From: an uncultured delta proteobacterium
GTDB lineage: Bacteria; Myxococcota_A; Polyangia; Fen-1088
DNA length: 64,000 nt
Assembly (NCBI GenBank): GCA_963767925.1
Contig: CAVYGB010000008.1
Location: 2,784,001-2,848,000 of the forward strand
Direction of reading: 5' to 3'
Shown here: positions 12,630 through 21,320 of the stretch, piece after piece
How the letters are laid out: each line of letters begins with the position of its first letter
How positions within the stretch are numbered: the stretch's first letter is position 1
Position numbers and translations under genes: made by a program
The notes under the pieces: model-generated
What the model was told of the DNA's origin: nothing
What the model saw: only the letters and a program-made list of their open reading frames with translations
Database searches by the model: none

Positions 12630-12902
12630 TCAGGGGGTGGCGGTGACCCAGATGACGCCGCGCATGTTCTGGTCGACGTGCTCAGGGCAAAAATAGGGGT
12701 AAAAGCCGGCCGCGGGAAGCGCGACGGTGGCGAGGCTGCTCTGCCGGCGGGCTGGACCGGCGCAGCCCAGGAGGGCCAGCGCCAGGAGACCAGCGACCGC
12801 CGGCAGGGTTGACGCGAGACCCGGTGAGGGGTCGGTGCCCCCGGCGGGGGTGGGCGCCGCGCTGAGCTCGGCGTCTCCGCGCGCGAGGGGCGACCGGGTC
12901 AT
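12630..12902 (-). CDS. Small lipoprotein-like ORF with only the C-terminal cupredoxin copper loop (possibly an internally deleted pseudogene)
   Basis: ATGA overlap with the upstream gene; LALALLGC; ends GFYPYFCPEHVDQNMRGVIWV (C-x2-H-x4-M). Confidence 0.6.
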   Translation of the reverse strand: MTRSPLARGDAELSAAPTPAGGTDPSPGLASTLPAVAGLLALALLGCAGPARRQSSLATVALPAAGFYPYFCPEHVDQNMRGVIWVTATP

Positions 12903-14428
12903 GGCAGCTCGGCCACGCCGGCGACGACGATCTTGCCGTCCGACTGGATCACGATGTCGCGGGCCTGCTCGGCGGTGCCCTTGCCCACGGCGATGTTCAC
13001 CTTCACGTTGCCACCGGCGAAGGTGGTGTCGAGCGTCCCGTCGATGTTGAAGCGGGACACCAGGAAGAGGGAGTCGGTCCCCTCGCGGACGTAGCCCGCG
13101 CCGTAGACCTTGTTGCTGGCGTCGAAGGCGGCGGCGTAGAAGCCGTCGGCCTCGGTCTCGGAGGCGGCGACCACCTTGGAGACCTCGGTGCCCCCGCCAG
13201 CGCCCACCGGCAACAGCAGGAGGGTGGCGTCGGGGTCGACGGTGGTCATGCCGGTCTCGGCGCTGTACCCGGTGGCCGCCACCCAGTTCTTGTCGGCGGA
13301 GATGGCCACCCCGTAGAACGGCTCGTCACCGGCCCTGCCGAAGTCGTACAGCTTGGCGCCGTCGGTGTCGAAGCTGGGGTCGGGCGCGCCGGTCGCCAGC
13401 AGCTTCACGACGAGGGCGTCCATGGTGGTGGCGGTCGGCTTGGCGCTGCCAACGATGAGGATCTTGTCCTCGGCGAGGCCCACGATGTTGCGGCCCCGGT
13501 CGTCGGCCATGGCCAGCTCGAACAGGGCCAGGCCCATGTTGCCCCAGGTCATGTCGCGCTTGCCGTCGGCCCCGAAGCGGAAGGAGACCATGTCGACCGT
13601 CCCGGTGGCGGCCGAGCGGCCGTAGCCGGTGGTCACGTAGGCGCCGGTCGACTGGCGGGCCACGCCGTAGGCCTCGGCCATGCCCCAGGGGGTGACGTCG
13701 GGCATCGCCGGAACGAAGGGCGCCGAGTTGATCACGCCGTTGACCCCGAAGGTCATGTCGGGCATGCCGGCGCCATCGAGCCGGAGCAGGACGATCCGGT
13801 TGGCGTCCTGGGTCCCCACCCCGGTCGGCTGCGCGGTGTAGCCGGACGCGACGATCTTGCCGTCGGCCTCCAGGATGCCGTGGCGGGCGCTGTCGCCGAG
13901 GTTGGCGATGTTGAGAGTGTGCGTGCCGGCCGTCGCGAAGGTCGTGTCGATCGCGCCGTCGGGCGTCAGGCGGACCACCACGCGGTCGTTGTCGATGCGG
14001 GGGTCGGCGCCCTTCTTCGAGCCGAAGAGGACCAGCCGGTTCATGGCGTCGACCTCCACGCCCCACAGCGAGTCGCGCGTGTTGGCGTTGCCGGGGCCGA
14101 AGTCGATGCGGGCGATGCCGTTGGTCCCGAAGGTCATGTCGCGGGTCCCGTCGGGGTTGAAGCGCACCAGGACCCCGTCGAGGTCGGCGGGGCCAGCCGG
14201 GGGGGCGTCGCCCGCTGTGGCGTCGCCGCCGGAGGCATCCGGGCGGGTCGCATCGGACGGCGGGGCGGTGTCCGGCGACGCGCTGCCGTCGGGGTTGCCG
14301 GTGCTGGCGTCGGAGAGCAGCGGGCCCTCGTCGTCTTCACAGGCGGTGAAGGCGAGGGAGGTGCAGGCCAGGACGCCGGCGCACAGGCGCGCGGCCAGCG
14401 GATGCGTGGATCTCGACGGTCTCGACAT
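12899..14428 (-). CDS. Delta-60 repeat beta-propeller lipoprotein
   Basis: Lipobox LAFTAC; repeated RFNPDGTRDMTFG / RLTPDGAIDTTFA / QSDGKIVVAG units; AGGAAAGGA RBS before the ATG at 14428. Confidence 0.9.
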   Translation of the reverse strand: MSRPSRSTHPLAARLCAGVLACTSLAFTACEDDEGPLLSDASTGNPDGSASPDTAPPSDATRPDASGGDATAGDAPPAGPADLDGVLVRFNPDGTRDMTFGTNGIARIDFGPGNANTRDSLWGVEVDAMNRLVLFGSKKGADPRIDNDRVVVRLTPDGAIDTTFATAGTHTLNIANLGDSARHGILEADGKIVASGYTAQPTGVGTQDANRIVLLRLDGAGMPDMTFGVNGVINSAPFVPAMPDVTPWGMAEAYGVARQSTGAYVTTGYGRSAATGTVDMVSFRFGADGKRDMTWGNMGLALFELAMADDRGRNIVGLAEDKILIVGSAKPTATTMDALVVKLLATGAPDPSFDTDGAKLYDFGRAGDEPFYGVAISADKNWVAATGYSAETGMTTVDPDATLLLLPVGAGGGTEVSKVVAASETEADGFYAAAFDASNKVYGAGYVREGTDSLFLVSRFNIDGTLDTTFAGGNVKVNIAVGKGTAEQARDIVIQSDGKIVVAGVAELP

Positions 14429-14473
14429 GGGCCGTTCCTTTCCTGAAGGTAGGTTCATGGAAGCAGGGCTATT

Positions 14474-14492
14474 GAAAATGATTACGGTATTC
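14474..14492. promoter_or_regulatory. Fur-box-like site 1
   Basis: GAAAATGATTACGGTATTC, 12/19 match to GATAATGATAATCATTATC; contains the near-palindrome TGATTAC-G-GTATTCA; AT-rich in a GC-rich background. Confidence 0.55.
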
Positions 14493-14556
14493 ATCTTTGT
14501 CTCTCCTAGAGGTCAAGCCCATCGGTGTCAAGACCCGACCCCCGCCGGGTTCGACT

Positions 14557-14575
14557 GAAAATGGAAATCAGTATC
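14557..14575. promoter_or_regulatory. Fur-box-like site 2
   Basis: GAAAATGGAAATCAGTATC, 15/19 match to the classical Fur consensus. Confidence 0.7.
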
Positions 14576-14626
14576 AAACCCGCGCCGCTGGCGGCCACCC
14601 TCGCTGGCGGGCACCATGTTCCGACC

Positions 14627-14989
14627 ATGGCGGACGCGGTCAGGGACCAGCTCTTTCTCCTCAAGCCCTTCTTCGCCGACGCCAGCGTGGCAGAGGGCCT
14701 GTTCCACTGTCCGGGGAGCGCGCGGATCGAGGGGTTGCTGAGTTTTTACCCGTTCCTGCGCGCGCGCCTCGACGTCCGCTACCTCGACTTCGCCAAGCCC
14801 CGCTCGCCGCTGCCCGAGCTGCTCGGTCCCGAGCACCAGAGCTGCCCGGTGCTGGTGCTGGGGGCGCCGGCCCCGGCCGGGGCCGAGGGGGTCTCTCGCA
14901 CGGCCAGCGGCCGCTGCTTCGTGTCCGGCTCCGAGAACATCGCCCCCTACCTGGCGCGGGTGCACGGCATCCCCGCCCCCCACCCCTGA
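14627..14989 (+). CDS. DUF3088-family protein (thioredoxin/glutaredoxin-like)
   Basis: RDQLFLLKP, FHCPGSARIEGLL, KPR...LLGPEHQSCPVLVL, terminal PAPHP. Confidence 0.8.
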   Translation: MADAVRDQLFLLKPFFADASVAEGLFHCPGSARIEGLLSFYPFLRARLDVRYLDFAKPRSPLPELLGPEHQSCPVLVLGAPAPAGAEGVSRTASGRCFVSGSENIAPYLARVHGIPAPHP

Positions 14990-15152
14990 GGGGGCAGCCG
15001 CCTGCCAGGCGCGCCGGCGTGACCGGCGGGCAGCGAGTGGACCGACCCGGGGACCCCTGATCGAGGCGGCCGGCCAGCACGCCGCGCCAAGCTTTCCCCG
15101 CTGGGCGGACACACCTTGGCCCGACAAGAGCGAGGTCGCGCAAAGGAGGGTC

Positions 15153-15758
15153 GTGATGTCCAGTCGGCAGAACAGGTCTCCCGCCGAGGTTCCTCCCGGC
15201 GGGGAAGCGGAGGCCCGCCAGGCGGTCCGGACCGTGAGCATCGACGAGGGCCGGGTCGAGTTCGTCTCGACGCCGGTGACGGATCCGCCCTCTGGCACCG
15301 TCTCGCGCACCGAGATCCCCCTGCAGGAGCCGGCCTGCGCCGGCGAGGTCATGACCGAGCGGGTCGCGACCGCCGCGCCGGAGAGCGATCTGGTCGCGGT
15401 GGCGGCGATCATGCGCGATCAGAACGTCGGCATCGTCCCGATCGTGGACGGCAGCCGGCGCATCCTCGGCGTCATCACCGACCGGGACATCGTCGTGCGG
15501 GTCGACGCCAACGCCACCCCCGCGGCCGACGTCAAGGCGGGCGAGGTCATGACCGCCGAGCCGGTCACCGTGCGTCCGGACGACGATCTGCACGACGTCA
15601 TCGATCGGATGGGAGAAGCGGGGCTCCAGCGCGTGCTGGTGGTGGACGACGGCGCGCGGCTGGTCGGCATCATCTCGGTCAGCGATCTGGCCCAGCGCAC
15701 CGACCTGCCCGAACGGGTGCAGGACACGCTCGACCAGATCGCCCGCCGCCGCACCTGA
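15153..15758 (+). CDS. CBS-domain pair protein
   Basis: GVITDRDIVVR, AGEVMT twice, LVGIISVSDL; GGAGG RBS. Confidence 0.9.
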   Translation: MMSSRQNRSPAEVPPGGEAEARQAVRTVSIDEGRVEFVSTPVTDPPSGTVSRTEIPLQEPACAGEVMTERVATAAPESDLVAVAAIMRDQNVGIVPIVDGSRRILGVITDRDIVVRVDANATPAADVKAGEVMTAEPVTVRPDDDLHDVIDRMGEAGLQRVLVVDDGARLVGIISVSDLAQRTDLPERVQDTLDQIARRRT

Positions 15759-15815
15759 CGGGCCCGCCGGCCCCGGCCGGCGGCGACCCGCGGTCGGCAG
15801 GCGGTCAGCCCGCTG

Positions 15816-16421
15816 TCAGTTGCACTCGGCGGCGCCGAGCTCGCCCGAGCCGTGCTCGCAGGTGTGCTCGCGTTCGCCAGCGCTCACGGTGGGGACGCTC
15901 ATGCAGAAGGTGGTGAAGCAGGTGCGGGCCGGGGCGCTGAACGCCCCGCAGGCGGTCAAGCAGGCGGCGCGGTTGGCCCAGGGATAGCTGACCATGCGGC
16001 AGTTCTGCTCCATGCAGGTGCAGTAGGCCTCGCAGGGGCTGGCCAGCGCGTCGGGGGGCGTGGGGGCCGCGTCCGGGGTGGGCGGGCTTGTGTCGGGCGC
16101 GCCGTCGGGGGCAACCGCGCTGTCCGGCGTGACGGTGGGGCCATCGGTCGCGCCGCTGGTGGCGGCATCGGGCGCCGGCGCGCCGGCGGCGCCGGCGTCG
16201 GGGATCGCAGCGTCCCCGGTGGCCGAGGCGTCGGAGGCCCCGCCGTGACCGTGGTGGGGCGCGAGGCACTTGCCCGTCTCCCGGCCGTGTTTGTCGCAGG
16301 TCAGGCCGCTGGCGCACTCGCTGTCCTCGGTGCAGCCCTCCCCCTCCCCTTTCTTCTCACAGCTCGCGATAACGAGCAGCAGCGGGACGAGGTAGAGGGA
16401 CGCGCGCAGGGACTTGCACAT
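15816..16421 (-). CDS. Cys-rich lipoprotein
   Basis: AAGGAG RBS; lipobox VIASC; two Cys-rich modules separated by a DAG/PDA linker. Confidence 0.8.
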   Translation of the reverse strand: MCKSLRASLYLVPLLLVIASCEKKGEGEGCTEDSECASGLTCDKHGRETGKCLAPHHGHGGASDASATGDAAIPDAGAAGAPAPDAATSGATDGPTVTPDSAVAPDGAPDTSPPTPDAAPTPPDALASPCEAYCTCMEQNCRMVSYPWANRAACLTACGAFSAPARTCFTTFCMSVPTVSAGEREHTCEHGSGELGAAECN

Positions 16422-16594
16422 GACGGCCGGCTCCTTTGGGGCGGTGGGGACGACGACGGGTCGGTCGAGGGCGTAGAGCCTCCTACGATTTCCGACCCGC
16501 CACCACACAGAAACCGCAAATCATCGCGGGCCCTGCCGAATCGCGGCGCAGCATCGCGGGCCGCCGCCGCCGCCGCCCTTCCGGTCACTTCCGG

Positions 16595-18301
16595 TCAGGG
16601 CGCGCGTGCCGCTCCGGCAGGCCGGGCCGGGGGGACCTCGTGCGCGATCTGCCCGCCGATGACGGTCATGGTGCAGCTCGACCGGAGCAGGTCGGCCGCG
16701 GGCACGGTCATGATGTCGGTCGCGAACACCGTGAGGTCGGCCAGCTTGCCGGCCTCGATCGATCCCCGGCGATCCTCCTCGAAGGCGGCGAAGGCCGCCC
16801 CCCGGGTGAACAGGCCGAGCGCCTGCTCGCGCGAGACCGCTTGCTCGAGGTGCCACCCCTCCCCGCTGCCGCCCCGCAGATCCTTGCGCGTGACGGCGGC
16901 GTAGAGCTCGATGAGGGGCTCGCCCCGTTCCACCGGCGCGTCGGAACCTCCGGCGAGGACCGCCCCGGCGCGCAGCAGGCGCTGCCAGGCGTAGGCCCCT
17001 TCGAGCCGGGCCAGGCCCAGGCGGCGGGGGGCGAAGTGCAGGTCGGAGATGGCGTGCGAGGGCTGCATCGAGGCGATGACCTGCAGGCGGGCGAAGCGGG
17101 GGATGTCCTCGTCGCGGAGGATCTGGGCGTGCTCGACCCGCCAGCGCGGCGCCGCCACCGCCCGCTGGGCGGGCGGGACCGCCGCGAAGGCCTGCTGGTA
17201 GAGGTCGAGGATCACCTGGTTGGCCCGGTCCCCGATGGCGTGGACCTCGAGCTGGATGCCCCGGCGCAGGGCCTTCTCGAACAGGGGCTTCAGCACCTCC
17301 TCCTTCTGGGTCAGCAGGCCCACTCCCCCGGCGTCGGCGTAGGGCGCCAGCAAGGCGGCGCCGCGCGAGCCGAGGGCCCCGTCGATCGACACCTTGATGG
17401 TCCGCACCGTCAGCCGGCCCCCGAGCTCGCCGACGCTGGGCCCCCGATCGAGGAGAAGATCGGCGTCGCGGCCGGGACCGCGGATGGCGGCGTAGACCCG
17501 CAGCGCGAGCTTCTTTTCCCGGTACAGCCGGCGGAGCTGCTCCACCTCCGCCCAGGAGTTGCCCGCGATCTGGGCCTGGGTCCAGCCCAGGCTGATCAGG
17601 CGGCGGGCCCCAACCAGCAAGGCCTCGGTCTCCTCCTCGGGGGTGGGCGGCGGCACCAGCCGGGTGACCAGCGCCTGGGCGGCGTCCACCAGCATGCCGG
17701 TGGGCGCGCCGCTCTTGCCGTCCTTGACGATCTCGCCCCCGAACGGGCTGGCGCTGGCCGCGGTGATCCCGGCCCGGGCCAGGGCGGCGCTGCTGGCCAC
17801 CCCGGCGTGGCCGTCGGCGCGCGTGATGTAGACCGGGTTGCGGGGCGCCACCTTGTCGAGGTCGGCGCGGGTGGGAAACACGGGGGGCGTCCAGAAGGTC
17901 TCGATCCAGCCCCGCCCGGTGACCCACTGACCGGGACGGGCGCGCGCCACCCGGGTCCGGACCCGCTCGAGCAGCTCGGCCAGGCTGCGGGTCCCCTCGA
18001 GATCGAGGGACAGCTCCCGCTGCCCCACCCCGGCCAGGTGCACATGCGCGTCCGCCAGCCCCGGCACCATCGTCTGCCCGGCCAGATCGACGACCCGCGT
18101 GCCGGCCCTCGCGAACGAGCGGGCGTCCTGGCTCGAGCCCACGAACACGATGCGGTCGCCCTGCACCGCCACCGCCTCGGCCCGTGGCTGCCGGGGGTTG
18201 CCGGTGTAGACCTTGCCGTTCGTGAACAGGACGTCGGCGGGGGCCCGACCGTTCATCCCCAGGACCACGGACAGGCTGAAAAGGCCGATAAGAGGTCTCA
18301 T
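16595..18301 (-). CDS. Secreted metal-dependent amidohydrolase (Amidohydro_3/YtcJ-like)
   Basis: PGLADAHVH, DGALGSRGA, HAIGD, RVEHAQ, GSDAP, GKLADL. Confidence 0.93.
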   Translation of the reverse strand: MRPLIGLFSLSVVLGMNGRAPADVLFTNGKVYTGNPRQPRAEAVAVQGDRIVFVGSSQDARSFARAGTRVVDLAGQTMVPGLADAHVHLAGVGQRELSLDLEGTRSLAELLERVRTRVARARPGQWVTGRGWIETFWTPPVFPTRADLDKVAPRNPVYITRADGHAGVASSAALARAGITAASASPFGGEIVKDGKSGAPTGMLVDAAQALVTRLVPPPTPEEETEALLVGARRLISLGWTQAQIAGNSWAEVEQLRRLYREKKLALRVYAAIRGPGRDADLLLDRGPSVGELGGRLTVRTIKVSIDGALGSRGAALLAPYADAGGVGLLTQKEEVLKPLFEKALRRGIQLEVHAIGDRANQVILDLYQQAFAAVPPAQRAVAAPRWRVEHAQILRDEDIPRFARLQVIASMQPSHAISDLHFAPRRLGLARLEGAYAWQRLLRAGAVLAGGSDAPVERGEPLIELYAAVTRKDLRGGSGEGWHLEQAVSREQALGLFTRGAAFAAFEEDRRGSIEAGKLADLTVFATDIMTVPAADLLRSSCTMTVIGGQIAHEVPPARPAGAARAP

Positions 18302-18370
18302 GGCGGCCGGATTAGAGCACGACTTCCGCCCGCCGGGAGGCGCCTGCCGATCGGGACAGACCGCCGGGGC

Positions 18371-20023
18371 TCAGCGGGAAAAGGCGGTCAGAAAATCGAT
18401 GAGGAAGCTGTCCATGCCCGGGGTGGGTTGGGGGCGGGCCGGCTCCATGTTGCGGCTGTAGCCGCGCGCGCGGAAGGGCTCGACGAGGGCCCCCTGCCGG
18501 CTGATTACATGGATGGGCACCGCCGGCGACGGGCTGTTGCGGGTCACGTCCCCGATCGGCTGGTGATCCCCCAGCACGATCGCCAGAGAATCGCCGGTGT
18601 CGAAGCGGGTCAGGTACTCCACGATCACCCGCAGATTGTAGGAGATGGAGCGCAGGTAGGCCGGCGAGGCTTCGCGCAGGTTGCTCCAGGTGACGGGAAA
18701 GACAACGGGCGCGTGCCGGGCGAACAGGCTGCCGTCGCCCATCTGCCAGTCGTCGATGAAGGGGGGCTGGCGGTCCCAGGGCGCGTGGCTGGTGACGAAA
18801 ACGTATTCGACGAACAGTGGCGCCGAGGGGCGCTGCAGCTCCTGGCGGTGGATGAAGTCGACGACGTACTGGTCGGGCATGGAGTCGAGCACGTAGAGCG
18901 GCCCGCGGTAGCCCAGGTCCCAGGAGGAGTAGACCTTCTCGAACTCGTACAGCCAGCGGTACAGGCCCCGGTGGACGTTCCCCGGCATCACCAGCACCGT
19001 GCGGTAGCCGGCCTTCTGGAAGAAGCCGGCCATGGTCGGCGGGCGCAGGGCCTGCACGAGGTCGTCGGCGACGATGTCGCCGGCGCGGATCCCGGTGGCG
19101 AGGGCCTGGTGGGCGAGCTGCGACCGCCCGCCGTAGGTGGGCGAATCGAGCAGGCTGGAGGCCACCTGGAAGCCCTGCCCGGCCAGCAGGCTGTCGATCT
19201 GCTGGTAGACCGGGAGCATCCCGGCCCGATGATCCGGCTCGTCGATCACGGTGGCCCCGTACGACTCGATGAAAAACAGCAGGACGTTGCTGCGGCCGAG
19301 CTTCTGCAGCCCGCCCGGCGTGGCCCGCACCCGGTCGGCGGCGGCGCGGATGCGGGCCGCCTCGGCCTGGCGCACCTCCTCGAGCCGGGTGATCCGTCCG
19401 ACCTCCTCGATCAGCCGGGGCACCAGGCTGGGGGCAAAGGCGCCCTGGCGCATCCCGCGCCCGCTGTCGGCGGGCAGCAGCGGCGACAGCAAGAGCGCCG
19501 CGGTCACGAGGCCGGCGAAGAGCGCCCGGCTCCGGGTCGCGTCGAAGGCGCGCTCGGCGGCGCGGACCGACCAGGCGGCCAGGGCGGTGAAGCCGAAGGC
19601 ACAGCCGGCCAGGAGGGTCAGGCTGATCACGAGGATCGGCCAGGCCACCGTCGTCTGCAGCAGGTGGACCATCGCCCAGGCGGTCGGCATGTCGAGGCCG
19701 AGGTCGATCGGCCGGTTGAAGTAGCGCCAGACGATCCCGTCGGCCACCCGGAACGCCCGCAGGATCAGCACGAGCGCCGCCAGCACGGCCACCACCCAGC
19801 CCGGGATCCGGTAGCCCCGCCAGGCGAACAGGGCGATCACCGCGAACAGCACGGTGGCGTCGATGGCCGGCAGGAAGTACAGGCCCACCGGCTCGAGGGC
19901 CGGATAACGCACGTTGAGGAGCAGGCTGAGCAACGCCCAGGCGACAAGCAGCAACACCGTTGGTCCCGAGCGGGAGGACGGCGCCGGCGGGCCGGTGGGC
20001 GCGGTGGGGCGCGCGGCGGTCAT
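18371..20023 (-). CDS. Membrane-anchored sulfatase/LTA-synthase-like (alkaline phosphatase superfamily) protein
   Basis: N-terminal TMs; FIESYG, TYGGRSQLAH, MPDQY, SHAPW, GDHQP; ATG at 20023 overlaps the upstream stop. Confidence 0.85.
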   Translation of the reverse strand: MTAARPTAPTGPPAPSSRSGPTVLLLVAWALLSLLLNVRYPALEPVGLYFLPAIDATVLFAVIALFAWRGYRIPGWVVAVLAALVLILRAFRVADGIVWRYFNRPIDLGLDMPTAWAMVHLLQTTVAWPILVISLTLLAGCAFGFTALAAWSVRAAERAFDATRSRALFAGLVTAALLLSPLLPADSGRGMRQGAFAPSLVPRLIEEVGRITRLEEVRQAEAARIRAAADRVRATPGGLQKLGRSNVLLFFIESYGATVIDEPDHRAGMLPVYQQIDSLLAGQGFQVASSLLDSPTYGGRSQLAHQALATGIRAGDIVADDLVQALRPPTMAGFFQKAGYRTVLVMPGNVHRGLYRWLYEFEKVYSSWDLGYRGPLYVLDSMPDQYVVDFIHRQELQRPSAPLFVEYVFVTSHAPWDRQPPFIDDWQMGDGSLFARHAPVVFPVTWSNLREASPAYLRSISYNLRVIVEYLTRFDTGDSLAIVLGDHQPIGDVTRNSPSPAVPIHVISRQGALVEPFRARGYSRNMEPARPQPTPGMDSFLIDFLTAFSR

Positions 20024-21033
20024 CCCGGGCCCTTCGCCGGAGGCGGGGGCACCAGCCGGGGCTGGCCGCCCGACACCAGGTAGACGAGGCCACCCACCAG
20101 GCCCAGCACCACCGAGACGCCGACGATGAGGACGGAGATGGTCAAGGCGCTGGCCGCGGGCACGCCGGCTTGCCCGAGCAGCTCGACCAGCGCGACGTCC
20201 CGCACGCCGATGCCGGAGATCGAGACCGGGATGTACGAGGCGGCGAGCATGACCGGCACGATCGCCAGGAGCACCGACCAGGGGACGGCGATCTCGGCGG
20301 CCCAGGCGATGAGCGCGACGTCGAGCACCACAACGAGGTGGACCGCGCAGGCCAGCAGCAGCACCCGGAAGCGCGGCCCCACCGCGCGCGCCTCCGTGAT
20401 CCGGCCGGTCAACACCCGGCGCAGGCGCTGGCCGCCCAGGCGGGCGACCAGGCGGGCGAAGTAGTCGGGAGACGCGACGACGATCAAGGCGGGCACGCCC
20501 AGCAGCAGACAGCCCCAGGCGATGGCGGGCGCGACGGGCAAGCTGCTCGCCGTGGTGAGGGCCAGCGCCGCGCTGGCGAGCAACACCAGCGCCGCGAAGG
20601 CGATCACCCGGTCGAGCAGCAACGACCAGAACACGCGCGCCGGATCCGAGAGGCGGGCGGCCCAGACGCCGCGGAGGGCGTCGCCAACCACGCTCGCTGG
20701 CAGGAAGGTGTTGAAGAACAGACCCGCCCAGTTCAGGCGCACGGCCTCGCCGAGCGGAAACGAAGCGCCCAGCGCGCCGAGCACGAGCTGCCACCGCACC
20801 GCCACCAGCGTCACGTTGACGGCGCCGACCAGCGTCGCGGCCACCAGCCAGATGTTCAAGCTGCCCTCGAGCTTGCCCGCCAGCTCGCCGAGCTCGATGC
20901 GCGAGAGCAGCCAGCCGACGAGCGCGCAGGTGATAAGCAGCTTGACGCTGAGCGTAAGCAGGCGCGACCCGAGCCCGCGCCGGGTCGCGAGCGGGGTCGA
21001 CGGAGGCGCAATCGCTTCATTCGGGACGGACAA
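20020..21033 (-). CDS. Lysylphosphatidylglycerol synthase TM / flippase-like domain protein
   Basis: VRWQLVL, FFNTFLPASVVGDALR, LLDRV, PVSISGIGVRD. Confidence 0.88.
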   Translation of the reverse strand: MSVPNEAIAPPSTPLATRRGLGSRLLTLSVKLLITCALVGWLLSRIELGELAGKLEGSLNIWLVAATLVGAVNVTLVAVRWQLVLGALGASFPLGEAVRLNWAGLFFNTFLPASVVGDALRGVWAARLSDPARVFWSLLLDRVIAFAALVLLASAALALTTASSLPVAPAIAWGCLLLGVPALIVVASPDYFARLVARLGGQRLRRVLTGRITEARAVGPRFRVLLLACAVHLVVVLDVALIAWAAEIAVPWSVLLAIVPVMLAASYIPVSISGIGVRDVALVELLGQAGVPAASALTISVLIVGVSVVLGLVGGLVYLVSGGQPRLVPPPPAKGPG

Positions 21034-21320
21034 GGCAGCGTCTCTGGTACAGCATTCCGGACGTGCAGTCAGTCGATTTGTGTCCAGCGCGTGTCCACCC
21101 GGTGGACGCGATGCACTGCCGCGAGTGGTATAGGAGCAGTTCTCTTCAGCGGTGACCCGAGGGTCGCGCGCCCGGCGGGCCCGCGCATCTTCGCCGGAGC
21201 CTCCGCTTCATATGGGCTAGCATGCGAAATCTTTTGATCGAGGGCAGACGTTTGTCAGCGAAGTTCTCCGGTCTCTTGCGACGGTTCACGTTCCCGGCGT
21301 CCCTCTCATCCAGCGCGCGG

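Noticed and set aside
11106..16600. Possible genomic island integrated at tRNA-Ala
   Set aside because: No integrase, no duplicated tRNA 3' end seen, and no evident compositional shift
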